Shown piece after piece: positions 37,389 through 49,066 of a stretch of DNA of 64,000 bases. The notes under the pieces are model-generated. The model had not been told where the DNA came from, did not search any database, and worked only from the letters and a program-made list of their open reading frames with translations. The stretch comes from Chitinophagaceae bacterium (GTDB lineage: Bacteria > Bacteroidota > Bacteroidia > Chitinophagales > REEL01). The position numbers were made by a program, and so were the translations under genes. Location of the stretch: NCBI GenBank assembly GCA_007695095.1, contig REEL01000154.1:1891-65890 (forward strand), read 5' to 3'. Within the stretch, counting starts at the first letter, position 1, and each line of letters opens with the position of its first letter.

Positions 37389-38675
37389 TTAATTCATTAG
37401 TTCTTCAATTTCTTCAGCTTCAATTGGAATGTCGCCCATAAGATCAACCGGACCATTTTCAGTAATTAGAATATCATTTTCCAATCGAATTCCAATTTTT
37501 TCTTCTCTCACATATATGCCGGGTTCACAGGTCAATATAGCACCTTCCTCTAAAGGCGTGTATCGGTCTCCTGTGTCATGAACATCTAAACCCATAAAGT
37601 GAGCCACACCATGCATGAAATACTGCTTATACAATGGACTTTTAGGATTTTGATTTTTTACATCATTTTTATTCAACAGCTTAACATCTATCAATGCTGA
37701 TTCAATAATCTTAGCGGCTTCCTTATTATACTCATCAAGAGTCATTCCTACCCGCATTAATTTAATACACTCCTTTTGAGAATTTAAAACAGCATTATAA
37801 AGTTCTTTTTGACGCTTGGTAAACCGGCCATTAACCGGAATTGTACGGCTCATGTCAGAGGCATAGTTAGCATATTCAGCTCCATAATCCATTAAAAGTA
37901 TATCACCGTCTTTACAAACCTGATTGTTCAGGGTATAATGCAAAATACAGCTGTTAATTCCTGAAGCGACTATAGTATCAAATGCGTTTCTAGAAGCACC
38001 ATTTTTCAAAAAATTATATAAAATAGCAGCTTCAATTTCATATTCATTAATTCCGGGAGACACTAATTTCAAAACTTCCAAAAAGGCTTTCTTTGTAATG
38101 GAGCAGGCTTTTTTTATTAATTCAATTTCAATTTCATGTTTTGAAACCCTCAACTCCTGCAAAATCGGATAAGCTCTCATAAAATTATGAAGAGGATAAG
38201 CTTTTTTCAATTCTTCTGCCTTTCTTTGGTTTTGGTCCGGCAATGCCGACTTAAAACGATCGTGCTCATTTAAGGTCAGGTAGATATGCTCACAACGGTT
38301 AATCAGCAAAGGCAAAATGTTATTAAACTCATCCAGATAATGAACATTTTCAATCCCTGAAATGGCTCTGGCCTCTTCCGGCTCCAATGAGTTACCATCC
38401 CAAATTTTAGTTAACTCATCGGTTTTTTTAATAAAAAGATATTCCTGCACCTCACTTACCGGTGAATTCGGTATCAATATTAATATTGATTTTGCCTGAT
38501 CTATGCCACTTAAATATAAGAGGTCAGTATTTTGCTTAAAAGGGAAATTTTGATCAGCTGTTTTATGTTGCTCATCATTTGAGAAAAATATGGCAATAGA
38601 TTTCGGCACCATCTTTTGCATAAATAATGTACGGTTTCTTTGAAACAGATTGTTATCGATCATTTCATATTTCAT
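37389..38675 (-). CDS. pepP: Xaa-Pro aminopeptidase (M24B)
   Basis: N-terminal creatinase-like domain plus the M24 metal ligands: LMDYGAEYANYASDMSRT, HGVAHFMGLDVHD, EPGIY, RLENDILIT. Confidence 0.88.
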   Translation of the reverse strand: MKYEMIDNNLFQRNRTLFMQKMVPKSIAIFFSNDEQHKTADQNFPFKQNTDLLYLSGIDQAKSILILIPNSPVSEVQEYLFIKKTDELTKIWDGNSLEPEEARAISGIENVHYLDEFNNILPLLINRCEHIYLTLNEHDRFKSALPDQNQRKAEELKKAYPLHNFMRAYPILQELRVSKHEIEIELIKKACSITKKAFLEVLKLVSPGINEYEIEAAILYNFLKNGASRNAFDTIVASGINSCILHYTLNNQVCKDGDILLMDYGAEYANYASDMSRTIPVNGRFTKRQKELYNAVLNSQKECIKLMRVGMTLDEYNKEAAKIIESALIDVKLLNKNDVKNQNPKSPLYKQYFMHGVAHFMGLDVHDTGDRYTPLEEGAILTCEPGIYVREEKIGIRLENDILITENGPVDLMGDIPIEAEEIEELMN

Positions 38676-38823
38676 AATCCAAATTTATTTTTAAGTTTCC
38701 TGAAAATATAATAAAGTTTAATGAATTGTTTTCATCCATTTAAGCCTCAAAGTTAAAATTATTGAGTAAATTTAATCTTTTTCTTAATGGATAAAAAAAA
38801 ATGGAAAAAAATGATTAGATTTT

Positions 38824-38855
38824 ATTGTTATTAACAGAATTCTTTTCTACTTTTG
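38824..38855 (+). promoter_or_regulatory. Candidate promoter of the rpsL superoperon (ATTG-N20-TACTTTTG)
   Basis: TACTTTTG at 38848-38855 matches TAnnTTTG. An ATTG sits 20 nt upstream. The rpsL ATG is 24 nt downstream. Confidence 0.45.
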
Positions 38856-38879
38856 CAACTCCAAAAAATTAAAGTAAAT

Positions 38880-39254
38880 ATGCCAACTATACAGCAATTA
38901 GTCAGAAATGGCAGGAAAGAAATCAAGGCCGCTAGTAAATCAAGAGCATTAGATTCTTGTCCACAAAAGCGTGGAGTGTGTACACGTGTATATACAACTA
39001 CGCCTAAAAAGCCTAATTCTGCGTTAAGAAAAGTAGCTAAAGTTCGTTTAACGAACAACATAGAGATAATCGCTTATATTCCGGGTGAGGGACATAATTT
39101 GCAGGAGCACTCAATAGTATTGATCAGAGGTGGAAGGGTTAAGGATTTGCCGGGTGTTAGGTATCACATAGTTCGTGGAGCTTTAGATACTTCCGGAGTA
39201 AAAGACAGAAAGCAGGGAAGATCAAAATATGGAGCTAAAAAACCGAAAGCATAA
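38880..39254 (+). CDS. rpsL: 30S ribosomal protein S12
   Basis: [13 protein letters not shown]...[30 protein letters not shown] at 38880; the ORF-track start at 38853 is upstream in frame. Confidence 0.97.
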   Translation: MPTIQQLVRNGRKEIKAASKSRALDSCPQKRGVCTRVYTTTPKKPNSALRKVAKVRLTNNIEIIAYIPGEGHNLQEHSIVLIRGGRVKDLPGVRYHIVRGALDTSGVKDRKQGRSKYGAKKPKA

Positions 39255-39279
39255 ACGTTAAAATTAATTTCTTTCAATA

Positions 39280-39747
39280 ATGAGAAAAACAAAACCAAAA
39301 AAGAGGCCACTGGCCCCGGATTCAAGATATAAAGACCCATTGGTAACAAGGTTTGTTAATAACCTGATGCAGGATGGTAAGAAAAGTATTGCATTCAATA
39401 TTTTTTATGAATCTTTGGATAAGGTAGAAAAGGTGACCGGTGAAAATGGTTATGAAACCTGGAAAAAAGCATTGCATAATATTATGCCGGGAGTAGAAGT
39501 GAAAAGTAGAAGAATTGGAGGGTCAACTTTCCAAATCCCTTCTGAAGTTCGTCCTGAAAGAAAGATTGCTTTGGGAATTAAGTGGTTAATCATGTTTTCT
39601 GAGAAAAGAGGTGGCAAAAACATGTCAGATAAAATGTCTGCAGAAATTATAGCAGCTTCTAAAAATGAAGGTGCTGCAATTAAGCGTAAAGAGGATATTC
39701 ACAGAATGGCAGAGGCTAATAAAGCTTTCTCTCATTTTAAAGTATAA
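39280..39747 (+). CDS. rpsG: 30S ribosomal protein S7
   Basis: [24 protein letters not shown]...[16 protein letters not shown]. Confidence 0.97.
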   Translation: MRKTKPKKRPLAPDSRYKDPLVTRFVNNLMQDGKKSIAFNIFYESLDKVEKVTGENGYETWKKALHNIMPGVEVKSRRIGGSTFQIPSEVRPERKIALGIKWLIMFSEKRGGKNMSDKMSAEIIAASKNEGAAIKRKEDIHRMAEANKAFSHFKV

Positions 39748-39764
39748 TTAGAAAAAATAGCACA

Positions 39765-41876
39765 ATGGCAAAAAGAGATTTAAAATTTACGAGAAATATT
39801 GGGATTGCCGCGCATATTGATGCCGGAAAGACCACTACAACAGAGAGAATTCTCTATTATACTGGTTTATCTCATAAAATCGGAGAGGTTCATGATGGCG
39901 CTGCTACTATGGACTGGATGGAGCAGGAGCAGGAAAGAGGTATTACGATTACTTCTGCTGCTACAACTACATTTTGGAAGTTTCGTGATAATGAATATAA
40001 AGTAAACGTTATTGACACTCCAGGACACGTTGACTTCACAGTAGAAGTTGAGCGTTCATTACGTGTATTGGATGGGGTTGTTGCCTTGTTTTGTGCAGTA
40101 AGTGGAGTTGAGCCTCAGTCTGAAACAGTTTGGCGTCAGGCGAACAAATATAAAGTACCCAGAATTGGATTTGTGAATAAAATGGACAGATCAGGAGCTG
40201 ATTTCTTTGAAGTTGTTAAGCAAATTAAAGAAATGTTAGGTGCAAACCCAATTCCAATTCAGGTTCCAATCGGTGCAGAAGAGAATTTCAGAGGAGTGGT
40301 TGACCTTATCACCAATAAAGCAATTATTTGGGATGACGAATCAATGGGTATGACTTTTACGGAAATTGAAATTCCGGAAGATTTGGCCGATACCGTTGTG
40401 GAGTACAGAGGAAAAATGATTGAGAGCATCGCAGAATACGATGATGAAATTTTAGAAAAATATTTTGAAGATCCGGAATCAATTACTCAGGATGAAGTAG
40501 AAGCAGCTCTTAGAAAAGCCACTATTGACATGAGTATTATTCCAATGATGTGTGGTTCATCTTTTAAAAACAAAGGTGTTCAGGCAATGTTGGATGCTGT
40601 TATTAAGTTTTTGCCAAGCCCGTTAGACATTGAGTCTATCATTGGTACTAACCCAAAAACAGAAGCTGAAGAAAAGAGAATGCCGGATCCGGATGAGCCT
40701 TTTGCTGCACTTGCATTTAAAATCGCTACAGATCCTTATGTAGGTAGATTAGCATATTTCAGAGCATATTCAGGAAGACTGGATGCAGGCTCGTATGTTT
40801 TAAATACCAGAACCGGTAAAAAAGAACGTATCTCACGTGTACTTCAAATGCATTCTAACAAACAAAACCCTATCGACTTCATTGAAGCCGGAGATATTGG
40901 TGCTGCTGTTGGATTTAAGGATATCAAAACAGGAGATACCCTTTGTAATGAAAAACATCCGATTGTTTTAGAAAGTATGACTTTCCCTGAACCGGTTATT
41001 GGATTGGCTATTGAAGCTAAAACTCAGGCAGATCTTGATAAGTTAGGTAATGCATTGTCAAAACTTGCTGAAGAAGATCCTACATTCAGAGTAAAATTTG
41101 ATGAAGAAACAGGTCAGACCGTTATTAACGGAATGGGTGAGTTACACCTTGAGATTATTGTAGATAGATTAAAAAGAGAATTTAAAGTAGAGTGTAATCA
41201 GGGAGCCCCTCAGGTTTCTTATAAGGAAGCAATTACAACTACACTTAAACATCGTGAGATATATAAAAAGCAGTCCGGTGGTAAGGGTAAATTCGCAGAT
41301 ATACAAATAGAGATTGGACCGGACGAGGATAAAGAAAAATCAGGATTACAGTTTGATAATGCCATCTACGGAGGGTCAATTCCAAGAGAATTTATTCCGG
41401 CAGTAGAAAAAGGTTTCAAAGAAGCTATGAATACAGGTGTATTAGCCGGTTATCCGCTTCAGAGTTTGAAAGTTAAATTATTCGATGGTTCATTCCACGC
41501 GGTGGATTCAGATGCAGTTTCTTTTGAATTGTGTGCTAAGTCAGCTTTTAGAGAAGCTTGTAAAAATGCTAAGCCAATTTTATTAGAGCCTGTAATGAAG
41601 TTAGAAGTAATAACTCCCGAAGAATATACCGGTGATGTTGTTGGTGATTTGAACAAGAGAAGAGGACAAATGGAATCGATGGATATGAAAGGGAACGCAC
41701 AAGTTATAAAAGCGAAAGTTCCTTTATCAGAAATGTTTGGATATGTAACCCAGTTGAGAACACTTTCTTCCGGAAGGGCAACCTCAACTATGGAATTTTC
41801 TCACTATGCACCGGCTCCGGAAAGTGTAATTGAAGCTGTTGTAACACAGGTAAAAGGTAAAGTAAAACAAAATTAA
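39765..41876 (+). CDS. fusA: Elongation factor G
   Basis: [38 protein letters not shown]. Length 703 aa. Confidence 0.97.
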   Translation: MAKRDLKFTRNIGIAAHIDAGKTTTTERILYYTGLSHKIGEVHDGAATMDWMEQEQERGITITSAATTTFWKFRDNEYKVNVIDTPGHVDFTVEVERSLRVLDGVVALFCAVSGVEPQSETVWRQANKYKVPRIGFVNKMDRSGADFFEVVKQIKEMLGANPIPIQVPIGAEENFRGVVDLITNKAIIWDDESMGMTFTEIEIPEDLADTVVEYRGKMIESIAEYDDEILEKYFEDPESITQDEVEAALRKATIDMSIIPMMCGSSFKNKGVQAMLDAVIKFLPSPLDIESIIGTNPKTEAEEKRMPDPDEPFAALAFKIATDPYVGRLAYFRAYSGRLDAGSYVLNTRTGKKERISRVLQMHSNKQNPIDFIEAGDIGAAVGFKDIKTGDTLCNEKHPIVLESMTFPEPVIGLAIEAKTQADLDKLGNALSKLAEEDPTFRVKFDEETGQTVINGMGELHLEIIVDRLKREFKVECNQGAPQVSYKEAITTTLKHREIYKKQSGGKGKFADIQIEIGPDEDKEKSGLQFDNAIYGGSIPREFIPAVEKGFKEAMNTGVLAGYPLQSLKVKLFDGSFHAVDSDAVSFELCAKSAFREACKNAKPILLEPVMKLEVITPEEYTGDVVGDLNKRRGQMESMDMKGNAQVIKAKVPLSEMFGYVTQLRTLSSGRATSTMEFSHYAPAPESVIEAVVTQVKGKVKQN

Positions 41877-41877
41877 G

Positions 41878-42183
41878 ATGGCGCAAAAAATCAGAATTAA
41901 GCTAAAGTCTTACGATCATAATCTGGTTGATAAATCATCAGAGAAGATTGCTAAAACTGTAAAGTCAGCAGGTGCAGTTGTTGCAGGGCCAATACCCTTG
42001 CCAACTGAAAAGAAAATATTCACTGTTTTGCGTTCACCGCACGTGAATAAAAAATCCAGAGAGCAATTTCAGCTCTGTACATACAAAAGGTTGCTGGATA
42101 TTTATAGTGCAACATCCAAAACAGTAGATGCTCTAATGAAGCTTGAGCTACCAAGTGGTGTTGATGTTGAAATTAAAGTTTAA
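41878..42183 (+). CDS. rpsJ: 30S ribosomal protein S10
   Basis: [21 protein letters not shown]...GPIPLPT...[17 protein letters not shown]. Starts 1 nt after the fusA stop. Confidence 0.97.
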   Translation: MAQKIRIKLKSYDHNLVDKSSEKIAKTVKSAGAVVAGPIPLPTEKKIFTVLRSPHVNKKSREQFQLCTYKRLLDIYSATSKTVDALMKLELPSGVDVEIKV

Positions 42184-42234
42184 TAAATTACTTAAAATTT
42201 AACCTATTATTTAGGTTGATAGAATTATAAAACG

Positions 42235-42855
42235 ATGAAAGGTATAATTGGTAGAAAAATAGGAATGACTCAGTACTTCCGTCCGGATGGAACGCATGTC
42301 GCCTGCACTATTATAGAAGCAGGGCCTTGTAAGGTTATCCAAAAGAAAACTGTTGAAACAGACGGCTATGACAGCGTTCAAATCGGCTATGGGGTAAGGA
42401 AAGAGTCTCGTACCACTAATGCTCAGAAAGGACACTTTAAGAAGCATAATTCTGATTCCATGCAAGTAGTTAGAGAAATCAGAGATTTCGATTTGGAAAA
42501 AGAATCCGGTGATGAAATAACCATTGAGATTTTTGCAGAGGGAGATAGAGTAAGTGTAGAAGGTGTATCTAAAGGTAAAGGTTTTCAGGGAGTAGTAAAA
42601 AGACATGGTTTTGCCGGTGTCGGTATGGCTACTCACGGTCAGCACAACAGAGAAAGAGCACCCGGATCATTAGGCGCAGGCTCATATCCTTCAAGAGTAT
42701 TCAAAGGAATGAGAATGGCAGGAAGAATGGGCAGTGATAAAATTACCCTGAAAAAAGTACCGGTTGAAAAGGTAATTGCTGAAAAAAATATTATTTACAT
42801 AAAAGGTGCAGTACCCGGAAGAAAGGGAAGCATTGTAATGATTAAGAAAAATTAA
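42235..42855 (+). CDS. rplC: 50S ribosomal protein L3
   Basis: MKGIIGRKIGMTQYF...GKGFQGVVKRHGF.G....HG. Confidence 0.97.
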   Translation: MKGIIGRKIGMTQYFRPDGTHVACTIIEAGPCKVIQKKTVETDGYDSVQIGYGVRKESRTTNAQKGHFKKHNSDSMQVVREIRDFDLEKESGDEITIEIFAEGDRVSVEGVSKGKGFQGVVKRHGFAGVGMATHGQHNRERAPGSLGAGSYPSRVFKGMRMAGRMGSDKITLKKVPVEKVIAEKNIIYIKGAVPGRKGSIVMIKKN

Positions 42856-42878
42856 AGTATACTTTTCAAATAGAAATT

Positions 42879-43508
42879 ATGGAACTTGAAGTATTAAATA
42901 TAGAAGGAAAAACAACCGGAAGAAAGATTAATCTTTCTGATGATGTTTTTAAAACCGTGCCAAATGATCACATTATCTATTTGGATGTAAAGAGGTATAT
43001 GGCTGCTCAAAGGCAAGGTACTCATAAAACCAAAGAAAGAGGTGAGATTAGAGGTTCAACCAGAAAGATTAAAAAACAAAAGGGAACGGGTTCGGCGAGA
43101 TTTGGAGATATTAAAAATCCAATTTTCAGAGGAGGAGGACGCATTTTCGGTCCAAGACCAAGAAATTATAAGATTAATTTGAATAAAAAAGAAGTGGCTA
43201 TTGCCAGAAGATCTGCTCTTACTTATAAATTACAGGATAATCAAATTAAGGTTATCGAAGATTTGAGCATGGAGCAGCCTCGGACAAAAGAGTTTATTTC
43301 TTTTTTGCAAAACCTTAATGTAGAAGGAACAAAAGTTGTTTATGTATCAACAGAATTGGATAAAAACGTGCTTTTATCGGCAAGAAACATCCAAAGAGTA
43401 CAGTTTAGCAAACCGCAACAACTTAATACCTATTCTATATTAAATGCGAATAATCTTATTCTGACAGAAAAATCTGTTGAAGTTATAAACGAAATTTTTA
43501 AAAAGTAG
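42879..43508 (+). CDS. rplD: 50S ribosomal protein L4
   Basis: KTKERGEIRGSTRKIKKQKGTGSARFGDIKNPIFRGGGRIFGPRPR. Confidence 0.96.
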   Translation: MELEVLNIEGKTTGRKINLSDDVFKTVPNDHIIYLDVKRYMAAQRQGTHKTKERGEIRGSTRKIKKQKGTGSARFGDIKNPIFRGGGRIFGPRPRNYKINLNKKEVAIARRSALTYKLQDNQIKVIEDLSMEQPRTKEFISFLQNLNVEGTKVVYVSTELDKNVLLSARNIQRVQFSKPQQLNTYSILNANNLILTEKSVEVINEIFKK

Positions 43509-43538
43509 ATTCACCGGAATTACAATTATAAATAGTAA

Positions 43539-43835
43539 ATGATGAAAAATATTTTAATTAAGCCACTCATAACCGAAAAGTTTACCCAGTTGGGAGATAA
43601 ACTCAACAAGTTTGCTTTCGTGGTTGACAAAGGCTCTAATAAAATTGAAATAAAGAAAGCTGTTGAAGAAATGTACGGAGTAACTGTACTGGATGTCAAC
43701 ACATCTGTAAGAGTAGGAAAGCAAAAATCAAGATACACCAAAACAGGTGTTATTTCAGGTAAAACCTCTGTTTTGAAGAGGGCTATTGTTACAGTGGCAG
43801 AAGGTGACACTATTGATTTTTACAGTAATATTTAA
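43539..43835 (+). CDS. rplW: 50S ribosomal protein L23
   Basis: LIKPLITEKFTQL...FVVDKGSNKIEIKKAVEEMYGV.V..VNT. Confidence 0.95.
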   Translation: MMKNILIKPLITEKFTQLGDKLNKFAFVVDKGSNKIEIKKAVEEMYGVTVLDVNTSVRVGKQKSRYTKTGVISGKTSVLKRAIVTVAEGDTIDFYSNI

Positions 43836-43845
43836 TTAAGAGAAA

Positions 43846-44667
43846 ATGGCAATTAAGAAATATAAACCAACTTCACCAGGTACCAGATCCAGAGTAGGTA
43901 ACCTATATGCAGAAGTAACTACGGATACTCCTGAAAAGTCTTTGCTTGCACCAATGTACAGCAAAGCCGGAAGGAATAATCAGGGTAGAATGACTGTTAG
44001 ATACAGAGGTGGAGGACACAAGAGAAAGTATAGAATAGTTGATTTTAAAAGAGATAAGCAAGGAATACCCGGCATAGTTAAGACGGTAGAGTATGATCCA
44101 AACAGAAGTGCTTTTATTTCTTTAATAGCTTTTAAAGACGGCGAAAAAAGATATATTCTGGCACCGGAAGGAATTCAGATTGGTGCAACGATTATAAATG
44201 GACCGGAAGCACCTATTGAAGTAGGGAACTCTTTACCATTGAAAAATATACCTTTAGGTACGGTAATTCACAATATAGAATTACAGCCGGGTAAAGGAGC
44301 TCAATTGGCAAGAAGTGCCGGTACTTATGCACAATTGCTGTCTCGTGATGAAAAATATGCTATTGTTAAATTACCTTCGGGCGAAACCCGCATGGTATTG
44401 ATAACAACAACAGCTACTATAGGAAGCGTATCAAATCCGGATCATTATCAGATAGTACTTGGTAAAGCCGGTGCAAATAGATGGAGAGGTCGCAGACCAA
44501 GAACTCGAGCAGTAGCAATGAACCCGGTAGATCACCCTATGGGTGGTGGAGAAGGAAGAGCTTCAGGTGGGCATCCTAGATCAAGAAATAGTGTGAAAGC
44601 TAAAGGCTTTAAAACCAGAGACAAGAAAAAAGCATCTAATAAACTCATATTAAAACGTAAGAAATAA
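43846..44667 (+). CDS. rplB: 50S ribosomal protein L2
   Basis: [28 protein letters not shown]...[14 protein letters not shown]. Confidence 0.97.
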   Translation: MAIKKYKPTSPGTRSRVGNLYAEVTTDTPEKSLLAPMYSKAGRNNQGRMTVRYRGGGHKRKYRIVDFKRDKQGIPGIVKTVEYDPNRSAFISLIAFKDGEKRYILAPEGIQIGATIINGPEAPIEVGNSLPLKNIPLGTVIHNIELQPGKGAQLARSAGTYAQLLSRDEKYAIVKLPSGETRMVLITTTATIGSVSNPDHYQIVLGKAGANRWRGRRPRTRAVAMNPVDHPMGGGEGRASGGHPRSRNSVKAKGFKTRDKKKASNKLILKRKK

Positions 44668-44673
44668 TTAGTT

Positions 44674-44943
44674 ATGGGCAGATCAATTAAAAAAGGACCT
44701 TTTATAGATTTTAAACTGGATAAAAAGATTACCGCATTGAATGAAGGTGGTAAGAAAACAGTTGTTAAAACCTGGTCCAGACGTTCTACTATTACACCGG
44801 AGTTTGTTGGACACACTTTGGCAGTACACAATGGAAATAAATTTATACCAATTTATATTTCTGAAAATATGGTTGGACATAAATTAGGGGAATTCGCTCC
44901 TACAAGAAACTTTAAGAGCCATTCATCTAAGAAATTAAAATAA
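44674..44943 (+). CDS. rpsS: 30S ribosomal protein S19
   Basis: [15 protein letters not shown]...[40 protein letters not shown]. Confidence 0.97.
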   Translation: MGRSIKKGPFIDFKLDKKITALNEGGKKTVVKTWSRRSTITPEFVGHTLAVHNGNKFIPIYISENMVGHKLGEFAPTRNFKSHSSKKLK

Positions 44944-44950
44944 GATAAGA

Positions 44951-45376
44951 ATGAAAGCTATCGCAAAATTAAATAATTGCCCTACATCTCCTCGTAAGAT
45001 GAGATTGGTTATAGACACTATCAGAGGTGAGCAAGTTGAAAAAGCACTCGGGATTTTAAAATTCCAAAAGAAGGAAGCTGCAAGAAGAGTTGAAAAACTA
45101 TTGGTTTCTGCAATTTCTAACTGGGAAAACAAAAATGAATCTGAGAGAATTGAAGATCACAATCTGATTGTAACAGAAGCATATGTTAACCAGGGAAGAA
45201 CTTTGAAAAGATTACGTCCGGCTCCAATGGGAAGAGCACATAGAATCAGAAAAAGATCAAACCATGTGTTTTTAGCAGTCGAGTCATCGCAAATATTAGC
45301 AATGCCGCCTGAAAAACCGGAATTGAATGAAAATGAAAATGAAATTGTTGAAGAAAATCAAAATACAGAAGCTTAA
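44951..45376 (+). CDS. rplV: 50S ribosomal protein L22 (acidic C-terminal extension)
   Basis: [19 protein letters not shown]....K.AA......L.SA..N. The core is followed by a tail of about 30 aa rich in E and N. Confidence 0.95.
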   Translation: MKAIAKLNNCPTSPRKMRLVIDTIRGEQVEKALGILKFQKKEAARRVEKLLVSAISNWENKNESERIEDHNLIVTEAYVNQGRTLKRLRPAPMGRAHRIRKRSNHVFLAVESSQILAMPPEKPELNENENEIVEENQNTEA

Positions 45377-45385
45377 TTTTATACT

Positions 45386-46108
45386 ATGGGTCAAAAAGTA
45401 AATCCAATAGCCAATCGTTTGGGAATTATTAGAGGATGGGACTCTAATTGGTTCGGTGGAAATCGTTACGCAGATAAAATAATCGAGGATGAAAAACTAA
45501 GAGATTATATCAAAGCGAGAATCAGTAAGGGTGGAATTTCTAAAATTGTAATTGAAAGGACTTTAAAGAGAGTTACAATAACTATACATACATCTCGTCC
45601 CGGAATTATTATCGGAAAAGGTGGATCTGAAGTTGATAAGCTTAAAGAAGAGTTAAAAAAATGGTCTAATAAAGATGTTCAATTGAATATCGTTGAAATC
45701 AGAAGACCTGAAACAGATGCAACGATTGTTGCTGAAACTATTGCCAGACAGCTGGAAGCCAGAGTGAATTTCAAAAGAGCATGTAAAATGGCTTTATCCT
45801 CTGCAATGCGTATGGGAGCTGAAGGTATTAAAATCCGTGCTTCCGGTAGATTAGGTGGAGCGGAGATGGCAAGAACAGAAGAATTTAAAGAAGGTAGAAC
45901 TCCTTTACATACTTTTAGAGCAGATATAGATTATTCTTTACAAGAAGCCAAAACGGTTTACGGAAAGATTGGAATTAAAGTTTGGATTTGTAAGGGAGAA
46001 GTATTCGGAAAAAGAGATTTATCACCAAATATTGGTGTAAAACAAGAAGGTGGACCAAATAAAAGAGGTGCCGGTACGAGAGCACCAAGAAGAAAACCTA
46101 AAAAGTAA
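45386..46108 (+). CDS. rpsC: 30S ribosomal protein S3
   Basis: [23 protein letters not shown]... with a KH domain and ...[12 protein letters not shown]... Confidence 0.97.
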   Translation: MGQKVNPIANRLGIIRGWDSNWFGGNRYADKIIEDEKLRDYIKARISKGGISKIVIERTLKRVTITIHTSRPGIIIGKGGSEVDKLKEELKKWSNKDVQLNIVEIRRPETDATIVAETIARQLEARVNFKRACKMALSSAMRMGAEGIKIRASGRLGGAEMARTEEFKEGRTPLHTFRADIDYSLQEAKTVYGKIGIKVWICKGEVFGKRDLSPNIGVKQEGGPNKRGAGTRAPRRKPKK

Positions 46109-46134
46109 ATTTAAGACTATATAATTAACATATT

Positions 46135-46554
46135 ATGTTACAACCAAAAAGAACGAAATTCAGAAGGGCGCAAAAAGGCAGAATGAAAGGGAATGCCCAA
46201 AGGGGAACTACCATTGATTTCGGTTCATACGGAATAAAATCCATGGAGTCGGCCTGGATAACGAACAGACAAATTGAAGCAGCGAGGATTGCTATCAACA
46301 GGTTCATGAAAAGGGAAGGTCAGGTTTGGATTCGTATATTTCCGGATAAGCCAATCACTAAAAAGCCTGCTGAAGTTAGAATGGGTAAAGGTAAAGGTGC
46401 TCCGGAAGGATGGGTTGCTGTAGTTAAACCGGGTAGAATTATGTTTGAAGTTGATGGAGTAAATGAGGAAACAGCAAAAGAAGCCTTGAGGCTGGGTATG
46501 CAAAAATTACCCGTGAAATGTAAGTTTGTGAAATCAACCGAATTAGGTTATTAA
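46135..46554 (+). CDS. rplP: 50S ribosomal protein L16
   Basis: [19 protein letters not shown]...[36 protein letters not shown]. Confidence 0.97.
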   Translation: MLQPKRTKFRRAQKGRMKGNAQRGTTIDFGSYGIKSMESAWITNRQIEAARIAINRFMKREGQVWIRIFPDKPITKKPAEVRMGKGKGAPEGWVAVVKPGRIMFEVDGVNEETAKEALRLGMQKLPVKCKFVKSTELGY

Positions 46555-46565
46555 ATTATAAAATC

Positions 46566-46775
46566 ATGGCTAAGAAAAAATTCGATTTTGCAGAATTAAC
46601 AACTCAAGAGTTGCACGAAAAGTTAATAGATGATAAGGTAAGACTCTCTAAAATGAAATTTAATCACACGGTATCTCCTTTAGATAATCCAATGGAAATT
46701 AAGTTTTTAAGGAGAGATATTGCCAGAATTTATTCAGAATTAAATAAAAGAGAAACAGAAACTACTGCGTCTTAA
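46566..46775 (+). CDS. rpmC: 50S ribosomal protein L29
   Basis: 69 aa. L.ELTTQEL.EKL.D.K..L.K.KFNH.. pattern, between rplP and rpsQ. Confidence 0.93.
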   Translation: MAKKKFDFAELTTQELHEKLIDDKVRLSKMKFNHTVSPLDNPMEIKFLRRDIARIYSELNKRETETTAS

Positions 46776-46786
46776 ATCTACATAAC

Positions 46787-47041
46787 ATGGAAAGAAAATT
46801 AAGAAAACAAAAAATCGGACAGGTTGTAAGTAATAAAATGGATAAAAGTATTACAATCTCCGTACAGAGAAAGATCAGGCATCCAAAGTATGGTAAGTTT
46901 ATTAAACTTTCTACCAAACTGATGGCGCATGATGGAGAAAATGCCTGCAACATTGGGGATACAGTAAGAATTATGGAAATACGCCCAATGAGTAAGAATA
47001 AAAAATGGCGATTAGTGGAAATTTTAGAAAGAGCTAAGTAA
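46787..47041 (+). CDS. rpsQ: 30S ribosomal protein S17
   Basis: [48 protein letters not shown]. Confidence 0.96.
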   Translation: MERKLRKQKIGQVVSNKMDKSITISVQRKIRHPKYGKFIKLSTKLMAHDGENACNIGDTVRIMEIRPMSKNKKWRLVEILERAK

Positions 47042-47047
47042 TTAATT

Positions 47048-47416
47048 ATGATACAGCAAGAATCAAGATTAAGAGTTGCAGATAACAGTGGTGCTAAAGA
47101 AGTTCTTTGTATACGTGTATTAGGCGGTACTAAAAGAAGATATGCTTCTATCGGTGATAAAATCATCGTGTCTGTAAAAAGTGCATTACCCAGCGGTAAC
47201 GTCAAAAAAGGTAGTGTTTCGACAGCAGTAGTTGTTAGAGTTAAAAAAGAAGTTAGACGCAAAGATGGCAGCTATATTCGTTTTGATGACAATGCTGTTG
47301 TTTTATTAAATAATAATGATGAACCGAGAGGTTCCCGTATATTCGGTCCTGTGGCCAGAGAATTGAGAGAACGTCAGTTTATGAAAATTGTGTCTCTGGC
47401 ACCGGAAGTATTATAA
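47048..47416 (+). CDS. rplN: 50S ribosomal protein L14
   Basis: [27 protein letters not shown]...[11 protein letters not shown]....[14 protein letters not shown]. Confidence 0.97.
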   Translation: MIQQESRLRVADNSGAKEVLCIRVLGGTKRRYASIGDKIIVSVKSALPSGNVKKGSVSTAVVVRVKKEVRRKDGSYIRFDDNAVVLLNNNDEPRGSRIFGPVARELRERQFMKIVSLAPEVL

Positions 47417-47434
47417 AAGTAAAAATTCAAAACG

Positions 47435-47794
47435 ATGAAGTTTAAGAAAAAATCAATACCTGATTTTAAAAGATTTGCTCCTAAGTTACACCTGAAAAAA
47501 GGCGATACTGTAAAAGTACTTGCCGGTGTTGACAGAGGAAAGCAAGGTAGGGTATTAGAAGTGGATGCTTCTAAATACAGAGCATTTGTTGAAGGTGTAA
47601 ATCTTGTAAAAAGACATACCAAGCCAAGTGCAAAAGAACCCAATGGCGGAATTATTGACAAAGAAGCTTCTATACATTTGTCAAACCTGATGCTTGTTGA
47701 TCCTAAATCAGGTGAACCAACAAGAGTTGGAAGAAGAATAGAAGATGATAAATTAGTTAGATATTCAAAGAAATCCGGGGAGGTGATAAAATAA
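47435..47794 (+). CDS. rplX: 50S ribosomal protein L24 (about 17-aa N-terminal extension if the ATG at 47435 is used)
   Basis: [30 protein letters not shown] motif. The only start candidate lies 18 nt after the rplN stop. Confidence 0.93.
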   Translation: MKFKKKSIPDFKRFAPKLHLKKGDTVKVLAGVDRGKQGRVLEVDASKYRAFVEGVNLVKRHTKPSAKEPNGGIIDKEASIHLSNLMLVDPKSGEPTRVGRRIEDDKLVRYSKKSGEVIK

Positions 47795-48342
47795 TGAGTT
47801 ACGTACCAAGGTTAAAAAAACACTATGATGATGTAGTTGTATCTAACATGTTAGAGCAATTTAAGTATAAGTCTCGAATGGAAGTCCCTAAGATTACTAA
47901 AGTTGTTTTAAATCAAGGTGTTAAAGGAGCAACGGCAGATAAAAAATTAGTTGATATTGCAGTGAACGAAATGACTTCAATTTCAGGTCAAAAAGCAGTC
48001 TCAACCAAGGCAAGAATCTCAGTTTCAAACTTTAAATTGAGAGAAGGAATGCCCATCGGAGCAAAAGTGACTTTACGCAGAGAAAGAATGTATGAGTTTT
48101 TAGATAGATTATTAGCTGTATCTTTACCAAGAGTTAGAGATTTCAGAGGTCTAAATCCAAAAGGATTTGATGGTCGCGGAAACTTTAACATGGGAGTAAC
48201 TGAGCAGATTATATTTCCGGAAATAGATATTGATAAAATCAGTAAAATTACCGGTATGGATATCACTATAGTTACTACAGCTCAAACTGACGAAGAAGGA
48301 AAAGTTTTATTAATGGAATTAGGATTCCCATTCAAAAAATAA
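47794..48342 (+). CDS. rplE: 50S ribosomal protein L5
   Basis: [11 protein letters not shown]...[13 protein letters not shown]...[33 protein letters not shown]. Confidence 0.97.
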   Translation: MSYVPRLKKHYDDVVVSNMLEQFKYKSRMEVPKITKVVLNQGVKGATADKKLVDIAVNEMTSISGQKAVSTKARISVSNFKLREGMPIGAKVTLRRERMYEFLDRLLAVSLPRVRDFRGLNPKGFDGRGNFNMGVTEQIIFPEIDIDKISKITGMDITIVTTAQTDEEGKVLLMELGFPFKK

Positions 48343-48346
48343 TATA

Positions 48347-48616
48347 ATGTCAAAAGAGTCTATAAAAGCAAGACAAAGAAAAAGAGAAAAACTGGTAGCT
48401 AAGTTTGCTGAAAAAAGAAAAAAGCTAAAAGATGAAGGTAAATTTATTGAATTATCTAATTTGCCAAGGAATTCTTCCCCGGTAAGATTACGTAACAGAT
48501 GTAAATTAACCGGCAGACCGAGAGGTTACATTAGAATTTTCGGTTTATCCAGAATTAAATTCAGAGAATTAGCTTCAAACGGTAAGATTCCGGGCATTAC
48601 AAAAGCCAGCTGGTAA
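48347..48616 (+). CDS. rpsN: 30S ribosomal protein S14 (long form lacking the Cys-x-x-Cys zinc ribbon)
   Basis: 89 aa. [21 protein letters not shown]...[38 protein letters not shown]. No CxxC pairs. Confidence 0.96.
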   Translation: MSKESIKARQRKREKLVAKFAEKRKKLKDEGKFIELSNLPRNSSPVRLRNRCKLTGRPRGYIRIFGLSRIKFRELASNGKIPGITKASW

Positions 48617-48645
48617 TATTAATAAAGAATCATAAATAGAGACAG

Positions 48646-49044
48646 ATGTTTACAGATCCAATAGCTGATTATTTAACAAGAATCAGAAATGCTCAAAAAG
48701 CAGGACATAAAGTGGTAGAAATACCATCTTCAAATATTAAAGTAGCAATAACCAAAATTCTTTATGATAACGGTTATATTTTCCGTTACAAAGTTGAAGA
48801 AGATGACAAACAAGGAATTTTAAAAATTGCTCTTAAGTATAAGGCAGGTTCAAAAGTGCCTGCTATTAGAGAGTTGAAAAGAATAAGCAGACCCGGTCTA
48901 CGTCAGTTTAATAATGTTGACGATTTACCAAGAGTAATAAATGGTTTGGGTATTGCCGTTATTTCAACTTCTAAGGGTCTGATGACCGATAAGCAAGCAA
49001 GAAATGAAAATGTAGGCGGAGAAGTAATTTGTACTGTTTACTAA
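48646..49044 (+). CDS. rpsH: 30S ribosomal protein S8
   Basis: [36 protein letters not shown]...[14 protein letters not shown]...VGGEV.C.VY. Confidence 0.97.
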   Translation: MFTDPIADYLTRIRNAQKAGHKVVEIPSSNIKVAITKILYDNGYIFRYKVEEDDKQGILKIALKYKAGSKVPAIRELKRISRPGLRQFNNVDDLPRVINGLGIAVISTSKGLMTDKQARNENVGGEVICTVY

Positions 49045-49066
49045 ATTTAACATTAAATAAATAGCA

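Noticed and set aside
38831-39061. 76-aa minus ORF and the upstream-extended rpsL start (38853)
   Set aside because: The minus ORF is antisense to rpsL. The S12 N-terminus MPTIQQL at 38880 is the universally conserved start, and the candidate promoter overlaps the extension.
46762-47262. 166-aa ORF antisense to rpsQ/rplN, with similar antisense ORFs in rplC (42211-42645), rpoB, rpoC, rplB, rplE and nusG
   Set aside because: All overlap strongly conserved ribosomal or RNAP genes on the opposite strand. Their composition is low-complexity and hydrophobic, as expected for antisense frames of AT-rich, purine-biased coding sequence.
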